Source: Methanosphaera stadtmanae DSM 3091
Lineage (GTDB): Archaea > Methanobacteriota > Methanobacteria > Methanobacteriales > Methanobacteriaceae
NCBI RefSeq assembly: GCF_000012545.1
Contig: NC_007681.1
Span: 90,001-122,000, forward strand
Length of the DNA: 32,000 nucleotides
Reading direction: 5' to 3'
The notes under the pieces were generated by a model. It made no database searches, was not told the DNA's origin, and saw only the letters and a list, made by a program, of their open reading frames with translations. Below are positions 6,805 to 16,636 of this stretch, in pieces; position 1 is the first letter of the stretch; every line of letters begins with the position of its first letter. A program made the translations under genes and the position numbers.

Positions 6805-8831
6805 TTTATATATTCACCAACATTTCCTTCTGTTGTTAAAAGTTCCATACTATCAGTAGCAAGTAACATACCATTAGATTCTACACCAAATAATTTTGCA
6901 GGTTGAAGATTTGCAACTACAATAACCTTTTTATCAATAAGTTCATCTACTTCATATCTTTTAGCTATTCCTGCTACTACTTGTCTTACTTCTTTGCCTA
7001 AATCCACTTGTAATTTAAGTAAATTTTCACTTCCATCTATTTTTTGTGCTTCTTTTATTTGTCCAACTACTAATTTTACTTTTCCAAATTCATCTATACT
7101 TATTAAATCACTCATATTATCGTCCTCATTTTCTTTATTTTCTTCTTCAAGAGAATATAATTTATCTTTTTCTTCTTTTATTATTTCATCAGGTATTTTA
7201 GAAAATAGTGGTTTTGCACTATTGATTTCATATCCTGCAGGTAAGAATTCTTTTGCTTCATCCCATTTTACAAGAGGAGTTCTTTCCTCAAATTTCATAA
7301 ATCCATCAACATGTTCTGTTGGCATATTTAATACTTTTCTTATTTTCTGAACACTTATTGGAATGTATGGTGTTAATACAATTGATAAAACATGTACTAA
7401 TTGGTTTGATAAGTTAATACATGTTTTTGCACTTTCAATATCTTCTTTTACACCTTTCCATGGTTTTTTATCATTGAAGTATTTGTTTGCTTCTTTTGTA
7501 AGGGACATTATTCCTTGTAATCCTTCTCTAAATTGGAAATTATCAATATAATTAGCAACTACGTCGGGTAGTGCTTTGATTTTTTCTTCAAATTCTTTAT
7601 CTTCATCTGTATAACTTCCCATTTCAGGTATTTTACCATCAAAGAATTTGTTTGTAAATGTAAATGTTCTATGAATGAAATTACCAAGATTGTCTGTTAA
7701 TTCATTATTTACTCTTCTTTGGAAGTCATCCCATGAAAAGTCAGTATCCTTATTTAATGGTGCATTTATTACCATGTAGTATCTAAGTAAATCACTATCA
7801 AATTTTTTAAGGAAATCTTCTACCCATATTACCCATCCTTTACTTGTGGACATTTTACGTCCTTCAAGGGAGAGATATCCTCCACCAACAACGGAATATG
7901 GTAGGTTCCATCCACGACCCATTAACATACTAGGCCAGAATAATGTATGATGATAAATAATATCTTTTCCAATGAAATGTACTGTTTTATCATCCCAATA
8001 TTCTTTCCAGTCAAGATCGTGTTTGTTAGCCCAACTTGCAGCTGAAGACTGGTATCCTTCAAATGCTTCTGCCCATACATAAAGTACTTTTCCTTCAGCA
8101 TCATTTAGAGGTACTGGAATTCCCCAATTCATATCTCTTGTCATTATCCAATCTTTAAGGCCATCATTCAACCATTCTTTTGCAAAGTTTTTCACATTTT
8201 TAGGCAGATGTTCATTTGAATTAATCCATTCTTTTAATGGTTGTTCAAATTCATGTAACTTAAAGTAGTATTGTTTTGATTGTTCAATGTGGGGGGTACT
8301 GTCACAGATTAAACAGTGGGGTTCAACTAGATCTGTAGGATTTAGGTGACGACCACATACTTCACACTGATCTCCTCTTGCTCCTTCACTTTCACAGTAG
8401 GGACAGGTACCTTCAACATATCTATCAGGTAGGCTACGTTTACATTCATCACAATATAATTGGTCAATTACTTTTTCATAGATGTATCCCTTATTATAAA
8501 GGTCTAAGAAGAAGTCTTGTGCCATTTTATAATGTATTTCATCAGTAGTTCTTCTAAAACTATCTAAGGATATGTTACATGATTTTAAATCATTTCCAAT
8601 TATTTCATGGTATATATCTGTAATATCCTTAGGATTCTTTTTTTCTTGTTCTGCTCTAACGGCAATAGGTGTTCCATGTTCATCAGTAGAACATACCATT
8701 AGAGTATCTACTCCAGTCATACGATTATAACGTGCATATATATCTGCAGGAATATATGTAGAACGTAGATGTCCAAGATGACATGGACCATTAGCATATG
8801 GAAGTGCACATGATATAAATAATTTACTCAT
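6801..8831 (-). CDS. metG: Methionine--tRNA ligase with C-terminal Trbp111/EMAP-II-like tRNA-binding domain
   Basis: HIGH-type motif PCHLGHLRS. KMSKS-type motif RKMSTSKG. Zn knuckles CDECKRS...CPYCES and CEVCGRHL...CLICDS. The C-terminal OB-fold segment is KLVVGQIKEAQKIDGSENLLKLQVDLG...NGMLLA. Confidence 0.97.
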   Translation of the reverse strand: MSKLFISCALPYANGPCHLGHLRSTYIPADIYARYNRMTGVDTLMVCSTDEHGTPIAVRAEQEKKNPKDITDIYHEIIGNDLKSCNISLDSFRRTTDEIHYKMAQDFFLDLYNKGYIYEKVIDQLYCDECKRSLPDRYVEGTCPYCESEGARGDQCEVCGRHLNPTDLVEPHCLICDSTPHIEQSKQYYFKLHEFEQPLKEWINSNEHLPKNVKNFAKEWLNDGLKDWIMTRDMNWGIPVPLNDAEGKVLYVWAEAFEGYQSSAASWANKHDLDWKEYWDDKTVHFIGKDIIYHHTLFWPSMLMGRGWNLPYSVVGGGYLSLEGRKMSTSKGWVIWVEDFLKKFDSDLLRYYMVINAPLNKDTDFSWDDFQRRVNNELTDNLGNFIHRTFTFTNKFFDGKIPEMGSYTDEDKEFEEKIKALPDVVANYIDNFQFREGLQGIMSLTKEANKYFNDKKPWKGVKEDIESAKTCINLSNQLVHVLSIVLTPYIPISVQKIRKVLNMPTEHVDGFMKFEERTPLVKWDEAKEFLPAGYEINSAKPLFSKIPDEIIKEEKDKLYSLEEENKENEDDNMSDLISIDEFGKVKLVVGQIKEAQKIDGSENLLKLQVDLGKEVRQVVAGIAKRYEVDELIDKKVIVVANLQPAKLFGVESNGMLLATDSMELLTTEGNVGEYIK

Positions 8832-9078
8832 TCTTTTTATTCTCCTTTACATTATTTATCTTAGAATAATGATTTTTATTCCTAATAAAGGTGTATGGTA
8901 CTTTTTTTTATTAGTGAGAAGTACTTCCTTTATTTTTTCCTTGTAATATTTTTTTCTAAAAAATAAATCTAATACTCAGAATATCAATTATAATTAATAT
9001 TTATATATGGTGTTCATGATTTATTTATTTTACTAGGTAAAAGATTATTACATTATAGGTTATAGATATTATATTATC

Positions 9079-10422
9079 ATGATAGAAACTTCATTTATAA
9101 ATCCATTTAGCTTTGAGGCTAAAGAAATTGTAAGAAAATTAGGACAAATTGAAAATTTAGATAAGAAAAATGATTCATTAATAGATATTATAAAACATAC
9201 ACATTCACAGAAACTTTCATCAATACCTGAAACATTAGAACAATTAGCTCTACATAAATTCCAATGGTACTTAGATAAAAAAACTGATAACTTTGATGAT
9301 AAGGTTTATGAATATTTATTTAATCCTGAAATTTATGAATATGATGTGCTATCCTTTTATTTTTTATGTCAAGCTGTAGCAATAGGTTTTGGTGAGGATA
9401 GTCACGAAGCAAAACAAGTTGTAGAATTAGAAGCTAATCTTATAGATAATAGATTAGAAAGACTAAAAAGTGAACCTAATAATTTTCAGTATAGTTTTCT
9501 TAAAGAAGCATTAAATCAACTAATTGATACAAATAATGTCTACTGGAATGACTTAAAAGAAGTTATAGACCTTGGAGTAATCGACTTAAATAAATTATTA
9601 CTGTCAAATGGTAGGGTTATTATAGAATATGAAGACTTTATAGAAGAATATGGACATTTAATTGAACATAGGAATCCACAAACAATGTATGAGGTAATAT
9701 GTGGATTAAATCTAAAGAAAAATCTATTAAAAAGTATAATAATGAAAAAAACTAGGGATTATATTGTGAAGGTTGCTGAAAATTCTAGGAGAATGGTTGA
9801 ACCTGATTCAATTATGAATGAATTATCAGGTAAAATAAGACAAATGGAACAAAAGGCAAGGGAGAGAAGATTTGGTTCATCAAATAGTGGTGCATATAAT
9901 GATAATGGACCTGCACCATACATACAAGAGGCATTTCCACCATGTGTACGTAAGTGTATGGAGGGAATTAAAAGTGGTGGAAGAAACGATGCAATTGTGT
10001 TGTTTTTAACTCCATTTATATCATATGCTAGATTGGCACCAAATGTATTTTCAATGGAATATGATATGAAAGTATCTGATGTGGATCCATCACTTGAAAT
10101 AACACATAAAGAAGTAATTCCAATGATTTATGAGGCTGCAAATGCTTGTAGACCACCATTATTCAAGGATCAGCCACAAGAAAAGATTAACATCAATTCT
10201 AAACTTGGTTTTGGTATGAATTCAGAATTAAAACTATCAGAGGAGGGTGAAACTAGGTGGTATACACCTATGAGTTGTGAAAAAATCAAATTACACATGC
10301 CAAATTTATGTATTCCTTGTGTTGATTGTAAAAAAATAGGAAATCCCTTGATATATTATAATCGTAAGAAAAGATTACTTGAAAAAAATAATTCAAAAGC
10401 AACAGCAGGTGAAGAAAAATGA
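9079..10422 (+). CDS. priL: DNA primase large (regulatory, Fe-S) subunit PriL
   Basis: Characteristic [34 protein letters not shown] block plus downstream Cys residues (ANACRPP, MSCEKI, CIPCVDC) expected for the 4Fe-4S domain. A 4-nt ATGA overlap links it to priS. Confidence 0.9.
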
Positions 10423-11393
10423 GTGTTGAATTAAAACCTGCATCTAAATATGAACGTAAAATCTTTTATAAAGAAGAATGGAATGTGAAAGATGTTCCAG
10501 ATTTCATAAGAAATTCTCTTACAAGTCGTGAATTTGGTTTTGATCATTATGGTAATGGACCAAATGATCGTTATAAGGTATTTGTTGATGATTTACGATT
10601 AAAACGTTTTATAAAAGTAAAACAACCATTTGCTGCATATTGTTCTGTGGCATTCTATGATAAGCCAAATCAGAGAAAGGGTTGGCAGAAATCAGAATTA
10701 GTATTTGATGTAGATGCAAAGGATATTCCAATAAGAACATGTGACTGTGCTGAAGGAGAAGTATGTGAAAAATGCTTAAATCAGGCAAAGGAGATAGTTT
10801 TAATGATAAGGGATGTTCTTAGTGGTGATTTTGGACTAACAAATATAAATCTCATATATTCAGGTAGGGGATACCATGTACGTGTTCTTGATGAAGATGT
10901 GATGGATGCATCAAGTGAGTTACGTGGGGATATAATACAGTATGTTACTGGTTCAAAACTACCTGATTTATCAAATGAGTATGGATTTAATGATTTACAA
11001 CCATTTATTATACCATTTGGTTATCCAAAGAACTTTACAAGATGGTCAAAATATACAATTTTACATCTAAGACGATCTTCTAAATTAGATGATGTTAATA
11101 ATCAATTATTAAGGGATGTTTTAAAACATAGAAATCTATTACAAGAAGATTTATGGGGTATGTTTAGGAGTAATATTGGACCTATACGTTATAAAAAGGT
11201 GATGAATGCAATTTCTAGAATTAATATGCAAATTACTGATACTAAGGTATCAATTGACTTAAAACGTATATTAAGACTTCCATCCACATTACATTCAAAG
11301 GTAAGTATGAAATCTACTCTAATAAAGAATATAGAAACATTTGATCCCTTTGATGATGCTGTTCCAAAATTTGTTTATGAACGTAATGATTAA
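10419..11393 (+). CDS. priS: DNA primase small (catalytic) subunit PriS
   Basis: Catalytic [10 protein letters not shown], a Zn motif [12 protein letters not shown], plus SGRGYHVRV and [10 protein letters not shown] blocks typical of archaeo-eukaryotic primases. Confidence 0.93.
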
Positions 11394-12676
11394 TGTTCTA
11401 ATCTATAATTTGGATGTAAATATAGGAATATGTTGTTTAAGTTTTCATCATTTGTATTGTTAATAAATACTTCCATTTTTTCAAAAGAATAGTCCTTTAA
11501 AACTTCTTCTTTTATATTTTTTCCAAGTTTCAATATTGACATATTTTCTTCAAGAAGTATGTTTTTAATCATATCTTCTACTGTAATATATTTACGGTTA
11601 CTAAGACTAATCCATTTATTGTTATGAATATATGCATTAGGATACTTATTTCTAAAATTATCACTATTTTTTGAGTCATATATTAATGGGCCATGATGTA
11701 TTTTAACATTACTAAGACTTGCTACATCATATTCAAGAATAATATGGGCCACATTACTTGAGTCAATATAGTATCCACTTTCAAGAAGTGAAAAATCATA
11801 GATTCCTGAAACCTTCTCTAATGATTTCAATGTCTTATTTACTTGGGGATATATAACATCACTAGGAACATCAGGTACATTACATGATAAAACATAACAA
11901 TAACTTCCCCTTTGTTTAAATAACTTTACTAATTCAGAAGGTGTTGTTGTAATTGTTTTATCTTGAAAGTAATTAATTGATGGATTTTTAAGATAATTTC
12001 GTGAAGCAACAATAAATTCAGAGAATTTCTGAATTGAAAGAGCAGCAGCAACATTTCTATTTTTATCAACAGGATCAATTACTATTAAGGCATCATGATA
12101 ATTATTACAAGTACCATAATTCTCTAAATCTATTTTTAACTGATTTTTCCATTTATTTGCAGCATTTTCTATAACATTTTCAAATGTATGATATTTAAGA
12201 ATTAATAACTCACAAAGATATCCTGAAAAACCACTAACCTTATAATTTGCACCATATGTATTAACACATGTCATAAACTTCTTAAGTAACAATACTTCAT
12301 CAGTCTCATCACTTGTCATATGACTTTGAATATAGTTAGTATGGAGAATTGTTCTGTCAACTGCAGATTTAAGGTATGTGGTATCATTAATATTGTAACA
12401 TGGAACAAAATCAATTTCAAATCCATTAATTAGGCCAGTGATATATGGATGAGATGCATATCTTTTCTCAGATATTCCACCAACAGTATCAATACAGTAT
12501 TTCCCAAATTCTAATCCATATTTCTTTAAATCTTCCTCTGAATAATCAAGTGGAAATGCCATGAAAATATCAATGTCTGCTTTACCAACAAGTGATGTTT
12601 TCTTAGCAACAGAACCTACAAGTTTACATGTAATTTGAATATCTTTACTTTTAGCATAATTAGAAATAATATTCAT
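11390..12676 (-). CDS. cca: CCA-adding enzyme (archaeal class I tRNA nucleotidyltransferase). The true start is probably upstream of the first ATG; the frame is open to 12778
   Basis: Family blocks are [18 protein letters not shown] (GS...DxD), [27 protein letters not shown] and [11 protein letters not shown]. See the finding on the N-terminal extension. Confidence 0.9.
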
Positions 12677-12829
12677 TAATTTATCTGAAAAAGTAATAAT
12701 TTTTTCTCTTTGTTTTTTAGTTGGTTTTATTTTTGATAAAATCTCATTATATATAGTATCATCATCCTCAGTATTGATTTAAAAAAATTCATTATTAATG
12801 TTATAAAAAAAGGTATAGGGTGGGAGTTA

Positions 12830-13420
12830 TTATATTTTTCTAGCACTTACAATTGTAATAGGATTTAATGCTTTCATCATCACTCCTCTATCAAGTAATG
12901 TTCCTTTGGATACTGATATGTTAACAACTTCAGGTTCTGCTCCAAGTTCTTTAAGCATATGTACACTATCTGTTGCAGTTTCAAGTACAATAGATGTTAT
13001 AACAATACGTCCTCCTATAGGTAATTTAAGATAACCAGTTTCAATAATATTATCAAGGTTACCTCCACTTCCACCAATCATAAGCTTAGTAAAATCTTCA
13101 ATATGATCTAATGCTTTTAGGCCTTCATCCTCTATTAATTCCACCTTGTTTTGAAGTCCAAATTTTTCAAGATTTGCTCTTGTAGTTTTAATAGCATCAG
13201 GATTCATATCTATACTGTAAATTTTTTTAGCTCTTTTTGCAAATTCTAGTGTTAAGCCCCCAGTTCCACATCCAACATCAACAACAACATCTTCATCAGT
13301 TAACTTTACTTTACTAATTACTAATGCTCTTATTTCTTCTTTTGTAGGTCCAGGTACTTTTTCTGTTTTGATAAATTCATTATTTGGTGTTATATCAAAG
13401 TACATAATAAACATCTCCAT
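12830..13420 (-). CDS. cbiT: Cobalt-precorrin-6B C15-methyltransferase (decarboxylating) CbiT
   Basis: N-terminal EFIKTEKVPGPTKEEIRALV and the SAM motif VVDVGCGTGGLTLEFA are typical of CbiT. The start is ambiguous among ATGs at 13420, 13414 and 13405. Confidence 0.85.
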   Translation of the reverse strand: MEMFIMYFDITPNNEFIKTEKVPGPTKEEIRALVISKVKLTDEDVVVDVGCGTGGLTLEFAKRAKKIYSIDMNPDAIKTTRANLEKFGLQNKVELIEDEGLKALDHIEDFTKLMIGGSGGNLDNIIETGYLKLPIGGRIVITSIVLETATDSVHMLKELGAEPEVVNISVSKGTLLDRGVMMKALNPITIVSARKI

Positions 13421-13442
13421 ATTTATTGTGTCTTATATAATG

Positions 13443-13997
13443 CTATTGTTTCCATTTAGTAAATAGATTATTATTAATATTCAAAATATCAAAAATCTTT
13501 CCAACTATGAAGTTAACTTGTTCATCAATAGTTTGGGGTTTATGATAAAAACCGGGCATAGCTGGAAGAATAATACCTCCTTCACGACTAATATTGGTCA
13601 TATTTTCTAAATGAATGGTTCTAAGAGGAGTTTCTCGTGGTACTATAATTAAGGTTCTTCTTTCTTTTAGTGTTACATCAGCAACGCGTGTTATAGCATT
13701 ATCACCATAACCATTACTAATTGCAGATAAGGTTTTCATACTTGAAGGTATTATTATAGTAGCATCAAATTTAAAAGAACCACTATTTATAATAGCATTT
13801 AAATCATGTTCATCATATGAATAAGAGGCAAGTTTTTCAACATCACAAACTAAGTAACTAGTTTCATATTCAATAATATCCTTTGCAATATCAGATATTA
13901 CAAGATATGTTTCAATATCTGCCTTTTTTAATTCTTCAAGTAATCTAATACCATAAATAACACCACTAGCACCAGTTATTCCAACAACAATCTTCAT
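13443..13997 (-). CDS. ubiX: Flavin prenyltransferase UbiX (prFMN synthase)
   Basis: MKIVVGITGASGVIYGIRLL flavoprotein N-terminus and PSSMKTLSAISNGYGDNAITRVADVTLKERR block. I prefer ATG 13997 (MKIVVG) or 14006 (MIIMKIVVG) over the track start at 14036, which would overlap the upstream gene by 29 nt. Confidence 0.88.
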   Translation of the reverse strand: MKIVVGITGASGVIYGIRLLEELKKADIETYLVISDIAKDIIEYETSYLVCDVEKLASYSYDEHDLNAIINSGSFKFDATIIIPSSMKTLSAISNGYGDNAITRVADVTLKERRTLIIVPRETPLRTIHLENMTNISREGGIILPAMPGFYHKPQTIDEQVNFIVGKIFDILNINNNLFTKWKQ

Positions 13998-14007
13998 AAT
14001 AATCATC

Positions 14008-14574
14008 TCATAAAATAAATTCTTCCACAGTCTCATATATTGGACCAGTAGGTGTGAGTGTACTTGATTTAAGATGTATTTTTTTAATATTCATTTTACC
14101 ATAATAGGTTTTACTTAATTGTTTTAATATATTGGATAGATTGTTTTTATTATAAACATCCCGCACACGCCCAATAGTGATATGGGGCGTATAATCATGT
14201 TCTTTTTTAAATCCTATTTTATTAAACTCATCATCCAGTTCTTTAATAAGATTAATTGTCGTGTCATTGTCTTTTATTCCTGTCCATATAACACGTGGAC
14301 GATTCATATTTGGAAAAGCACCAACTTTGACTAGTTTCATAGTGTATGTTTCATAATTTTCTGTTGTTTTTCTTATAATTGAAGATATTTGTTTTTGTTT
14401 TCTTTGATTAATCTCTCCAAAAAATTTAAGAGTTAAATGGATATTTTCATCTTCAACATATTTTATCTTAGCAGAATTCGTGTTTTTTATAGTTTGCTGT
14501 GTTTTTTTAATTTTATTTTTCAATGATTCTTCTATTTCAATAGCTAAAAATGCACGCATAATAAGTACTTCCAT
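14008..14574 (-). CDS. thpR: RNA 2',3'-cyclic phosphodiesterase / 2'-5' RNA ligase family protein (ThpR/LigT, 2H superfamily)
   Basis: Two H-x-T-x motifs at the expected spacing: HLTLKFFGE and HITIGRV. The start could instead be ATG 14559 (MRAFLAIEI). Confidence 0.85.
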   Translation of the reverse strand: MEVLIMRAFLAIEIEESLKNKIKKTQQTIKNTNSAKIKYVEDENIHLTLKFFGEINQRKQKQISSIIRKTTENYETYTMKLVKVGAFPNMNRPRVIWTGIKDNDTTINLIKELDDEFNKIGFKKEHDYTPHITIGRVRDVYNKNNLSNILKQLSKTYYGKMNIKKIHLKSSTLTPTGPIYETVEEFIL

Positions 14575-14628
14575 TAATTAAAAAATTCAAATAAAAAAAA
14601 ATAAAAAAAAGTAGGTTAATTAGAATAT

Positions 14629-15708
14629 TTATTTTTCAATAATTTGTTCTTCAATAGCCATTCCAAAGTGTCTTGCAGCTTCACTAAAGTATGCAAGAAC
14701 TTTATCTCCAACTTTTAGTTTAGAAACAGAGATTGGTTCACCTTTATCATTTACTAGTCTAATTGTTTCAGCATTCTGTACAAGAGTTCTTATTCTAGAA
14801 TTCTTATATTTTGCTTCAATAAGAAGTAAAGGACGTTTTTCTATTTTTACACGGCCAACAATAACAGTGTTAGCTTCACCTTTACTATTTAATGTAACAA
14901 CTTCATCTCCAGCTTCTAATTCTGAAAGATATCTTGTTTTATTCTCTGGAGTCATAACATAAGCATGTACTGGACCAGCATTTACTCTAAATGGACGTGA
15001 TGCAACATATTCACTTTCTAATGTTTCACTATGAACTAAAAATAGTCCAGATGCAAATGAACCTACAAGCATTCCATCTCCAACATTCATCATTGAACAT
15101 GTATCTACACATACTCTATCACCAATACCAACAGATTCTACTTTAGTAACAGTTGCAGCTTTAAGATCATATGATTCCTTTGATACTTTTTCTATTAGGG
15201 CACCTAATTTTCTTATTTCATTTCCATCATTAGATGATAATAACACACCATCAGATCCATGTTCCATTGTTTCAAGAGCTAATTTTGCTTCTTCATAATT
15301 TGGAACATCAACTATGATTTTAGAAGTTCTATTTTGTAAACTGGCAATGATATTTTCTAAAGGGATAACTTTCCAATTTTTACCTTTTAATATAACATAG
15401 TCTGCTACTGTACCTAGTTTAGATACTAGTAACTCATCATCCTTGTTATTAATTTCAACATATGCTGCTACTTCTTTACCACTTTCTTGTGCTTTTTTAA
15501 TATCTGCCATGGTAATTTTGTTATTTAATCCAAGAAGTGTAATGTCAGAATCTTCTTTATCTGATATTATTGTTACACTACCTAATTTCTTAATAGTTTC
15601 AGCATTATCTAAATCCATTATGTGATCGAATCCAGATTCTAATGAATCAACAATAGCTTCTTTACGATCATTCCAAGTACCATTAGGTCTTATCCATGCA
15701 AATTTCAT
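14629..15708 (-). CDS. aroB': 3-dehydroquinate synthase type II (archaeal, ADH-utilising)
   Basis: N-terminus MKFAWIRPNGTWNDRKEAIVDSLESGFDHIM and the overall 359-aa architecture match the MJ1249-type DHQ synthase II family. It lies 13 nt downstream of the ADH synthase gene. Confidence 0.85.
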   Translation of the reverse strand: MKFAWIRPNGTWNDRKEAIVDSLESGFDHIMDLDNAETIKKLGSVTIISDKEDSDITLLGLNNKITMADIKKAQESGKEVAAYVEINNKDDELLVSKLGTVADYVILKGKNWKVIPLENIIASLQNRTSKIIVDVPNYEEAKLALETMEHGSDGVLLSSNDGNEIRKLGALIEKVSKESYDLKAATVTKVESVGIGDRVCVDTCSMMNVGDGMLVGSFASGLFLVHSETLESEYVASRPFRVNAGPVHAYVMTPENKTRYLSELEAGDEVVTLNSKGEANTVIVGRVKIEKRPLLLIEAKYKNSRIRTLVQNAETIRLVNDKGEPISVSKLKVGDKVLAYFSEAARHFGMAIEEQIIEK

Positions 15709-15721
15709 ATTGTTACATCCT

Positions 15722-16516
15722 TTATTCTTTTAATATTTCCAGTGCTTCATCAGGTGTTGCATTGTTATGTACAACTTCTACTAGTGCACGTGTAATCTTT
15801 GCAGGATCTTCTGCTTGGAAAATATTTCTTCCAAATGCAACTCCAGCACCACCAACACTTATAGAGTCAGATACCATTTCAAATAATTGTCTTTGTGTTT
15901 CTATTTTAGGGCCACCTGCAATAAGTACAGGTACAGGACATCCATCAACTACTTCTTTAAATGAATCAGGATCGCCAGTATAATTTGTTTTTACAATATC
16001 TGCACCTAATTCTGCACCTACACGTGCTGCTAATTTAACAACTTCAGGGTCGTGTTCATTTTTAATTTCAGGTCCTCTAGGATACATCATTGCAAGAAGT
16101 GGAAGTCCCCATTTGTCACATTCTTCTGCTATTCTACCAGTTGATTGTAACATTTCTGGTTCTTTTTCAGAACCTATGTTTACATGTACACTTACAGCAT
16201 CTGCTCCAAGTTGTACAGCTTTTTCAACACTTGTAACTTGTACTTTATGGAAAGGATCCATACTTGCATCAGTACTTGCAAATAAATGTAATATAAGTCC
16301 AATATCACTTCCATATCCACGGTGACCGTTTTTTACCATACCTTTATGCATTAGCACTGCATTTGCTCCACCATTAGCCACTGCATCTATTGTTTTTGTC
16401 ATGTTTATAAGACCAGGGATTGGTCCTCCAGATATCCCATGGTCCATTGGTGCAATAACACATTTTCCTGTTTTACGGTTTATAATTCTTTCAATTCTAA
16501 TCTTTTTACCTATCAT
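15722..16516 (-). CDS. aroA': 2-amino-3,7-dideoxy-D-threo-hept-6-ulosonate (ADH) synthase, DhnA/FbaB-type class I aldolase
   Basis: Family blocks are [45 protein letters not shown] (Schiff-base Lys region) and VLIAGGPK. It is adjacent to DHQ synthase II. Confidence 0.85.
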   Translation of the reverse strand: MIGKKIRIERIINRKTGKCVIAPMDHGISGGPIPGLINMTKTIDAVANGGANAVLMHKGMVKNGHRGYGSDIGLILHLFASTDASMDPFHKVQVTSVEKAVQLGADAVSVHVNIGSEKEPEMLQSTGRIAEECDKWGLPLLAMMYPRGPEIKNEHDPEVVKLAARVGAELGADIVKTNYTGDPDSFKEVVDGCPVPVLIAGGPKIETQRQLFEMVSDSISVGGAGVAFGRNIFQAEDPAKITRALVEVVHNNATPDEALEILKE

Positions 16517-16586
16517 TTTATCCCTTTTAGATGTAATATTAATTTGAAAATTATTATTTTTTTAATATATAATAAATTATCTTCTA

Positions 16587-16627
16587 AATATTTAATACAT
16601 TTTTTTAATATTTAATACTATTTTTTT
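16587..16627. repeat. Tandem 20/21-bp direct repeat (AATATTTAATACA-T7 / AATATTTAATACTA-T7) in the aroA' upstream region
   Basis: Read directly: 16587-16606 and 16607-16627 are identical except for one inserted T. It lies 71-111 nt upstream of the aroA' start and 10 nt downstream of the preceding gene's stop. Confidence 0.6.
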
Positions 16628-16636
16628 CTTAATTTA

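Noticed and set aside
13998-14036. The track start of ubiX at 14036 gives a 29-nt overlap between ubiX and thpR.
   Set aside because: The canonical UbiX N-terminus MKIVVGITGASG begins at ATG 13997, preceded by a GAGATGA RBS-like motif. The longer form adds a non-conserved MRLWKNLFYEMII leader, so the overlap is probably an ORF-calling artefact.
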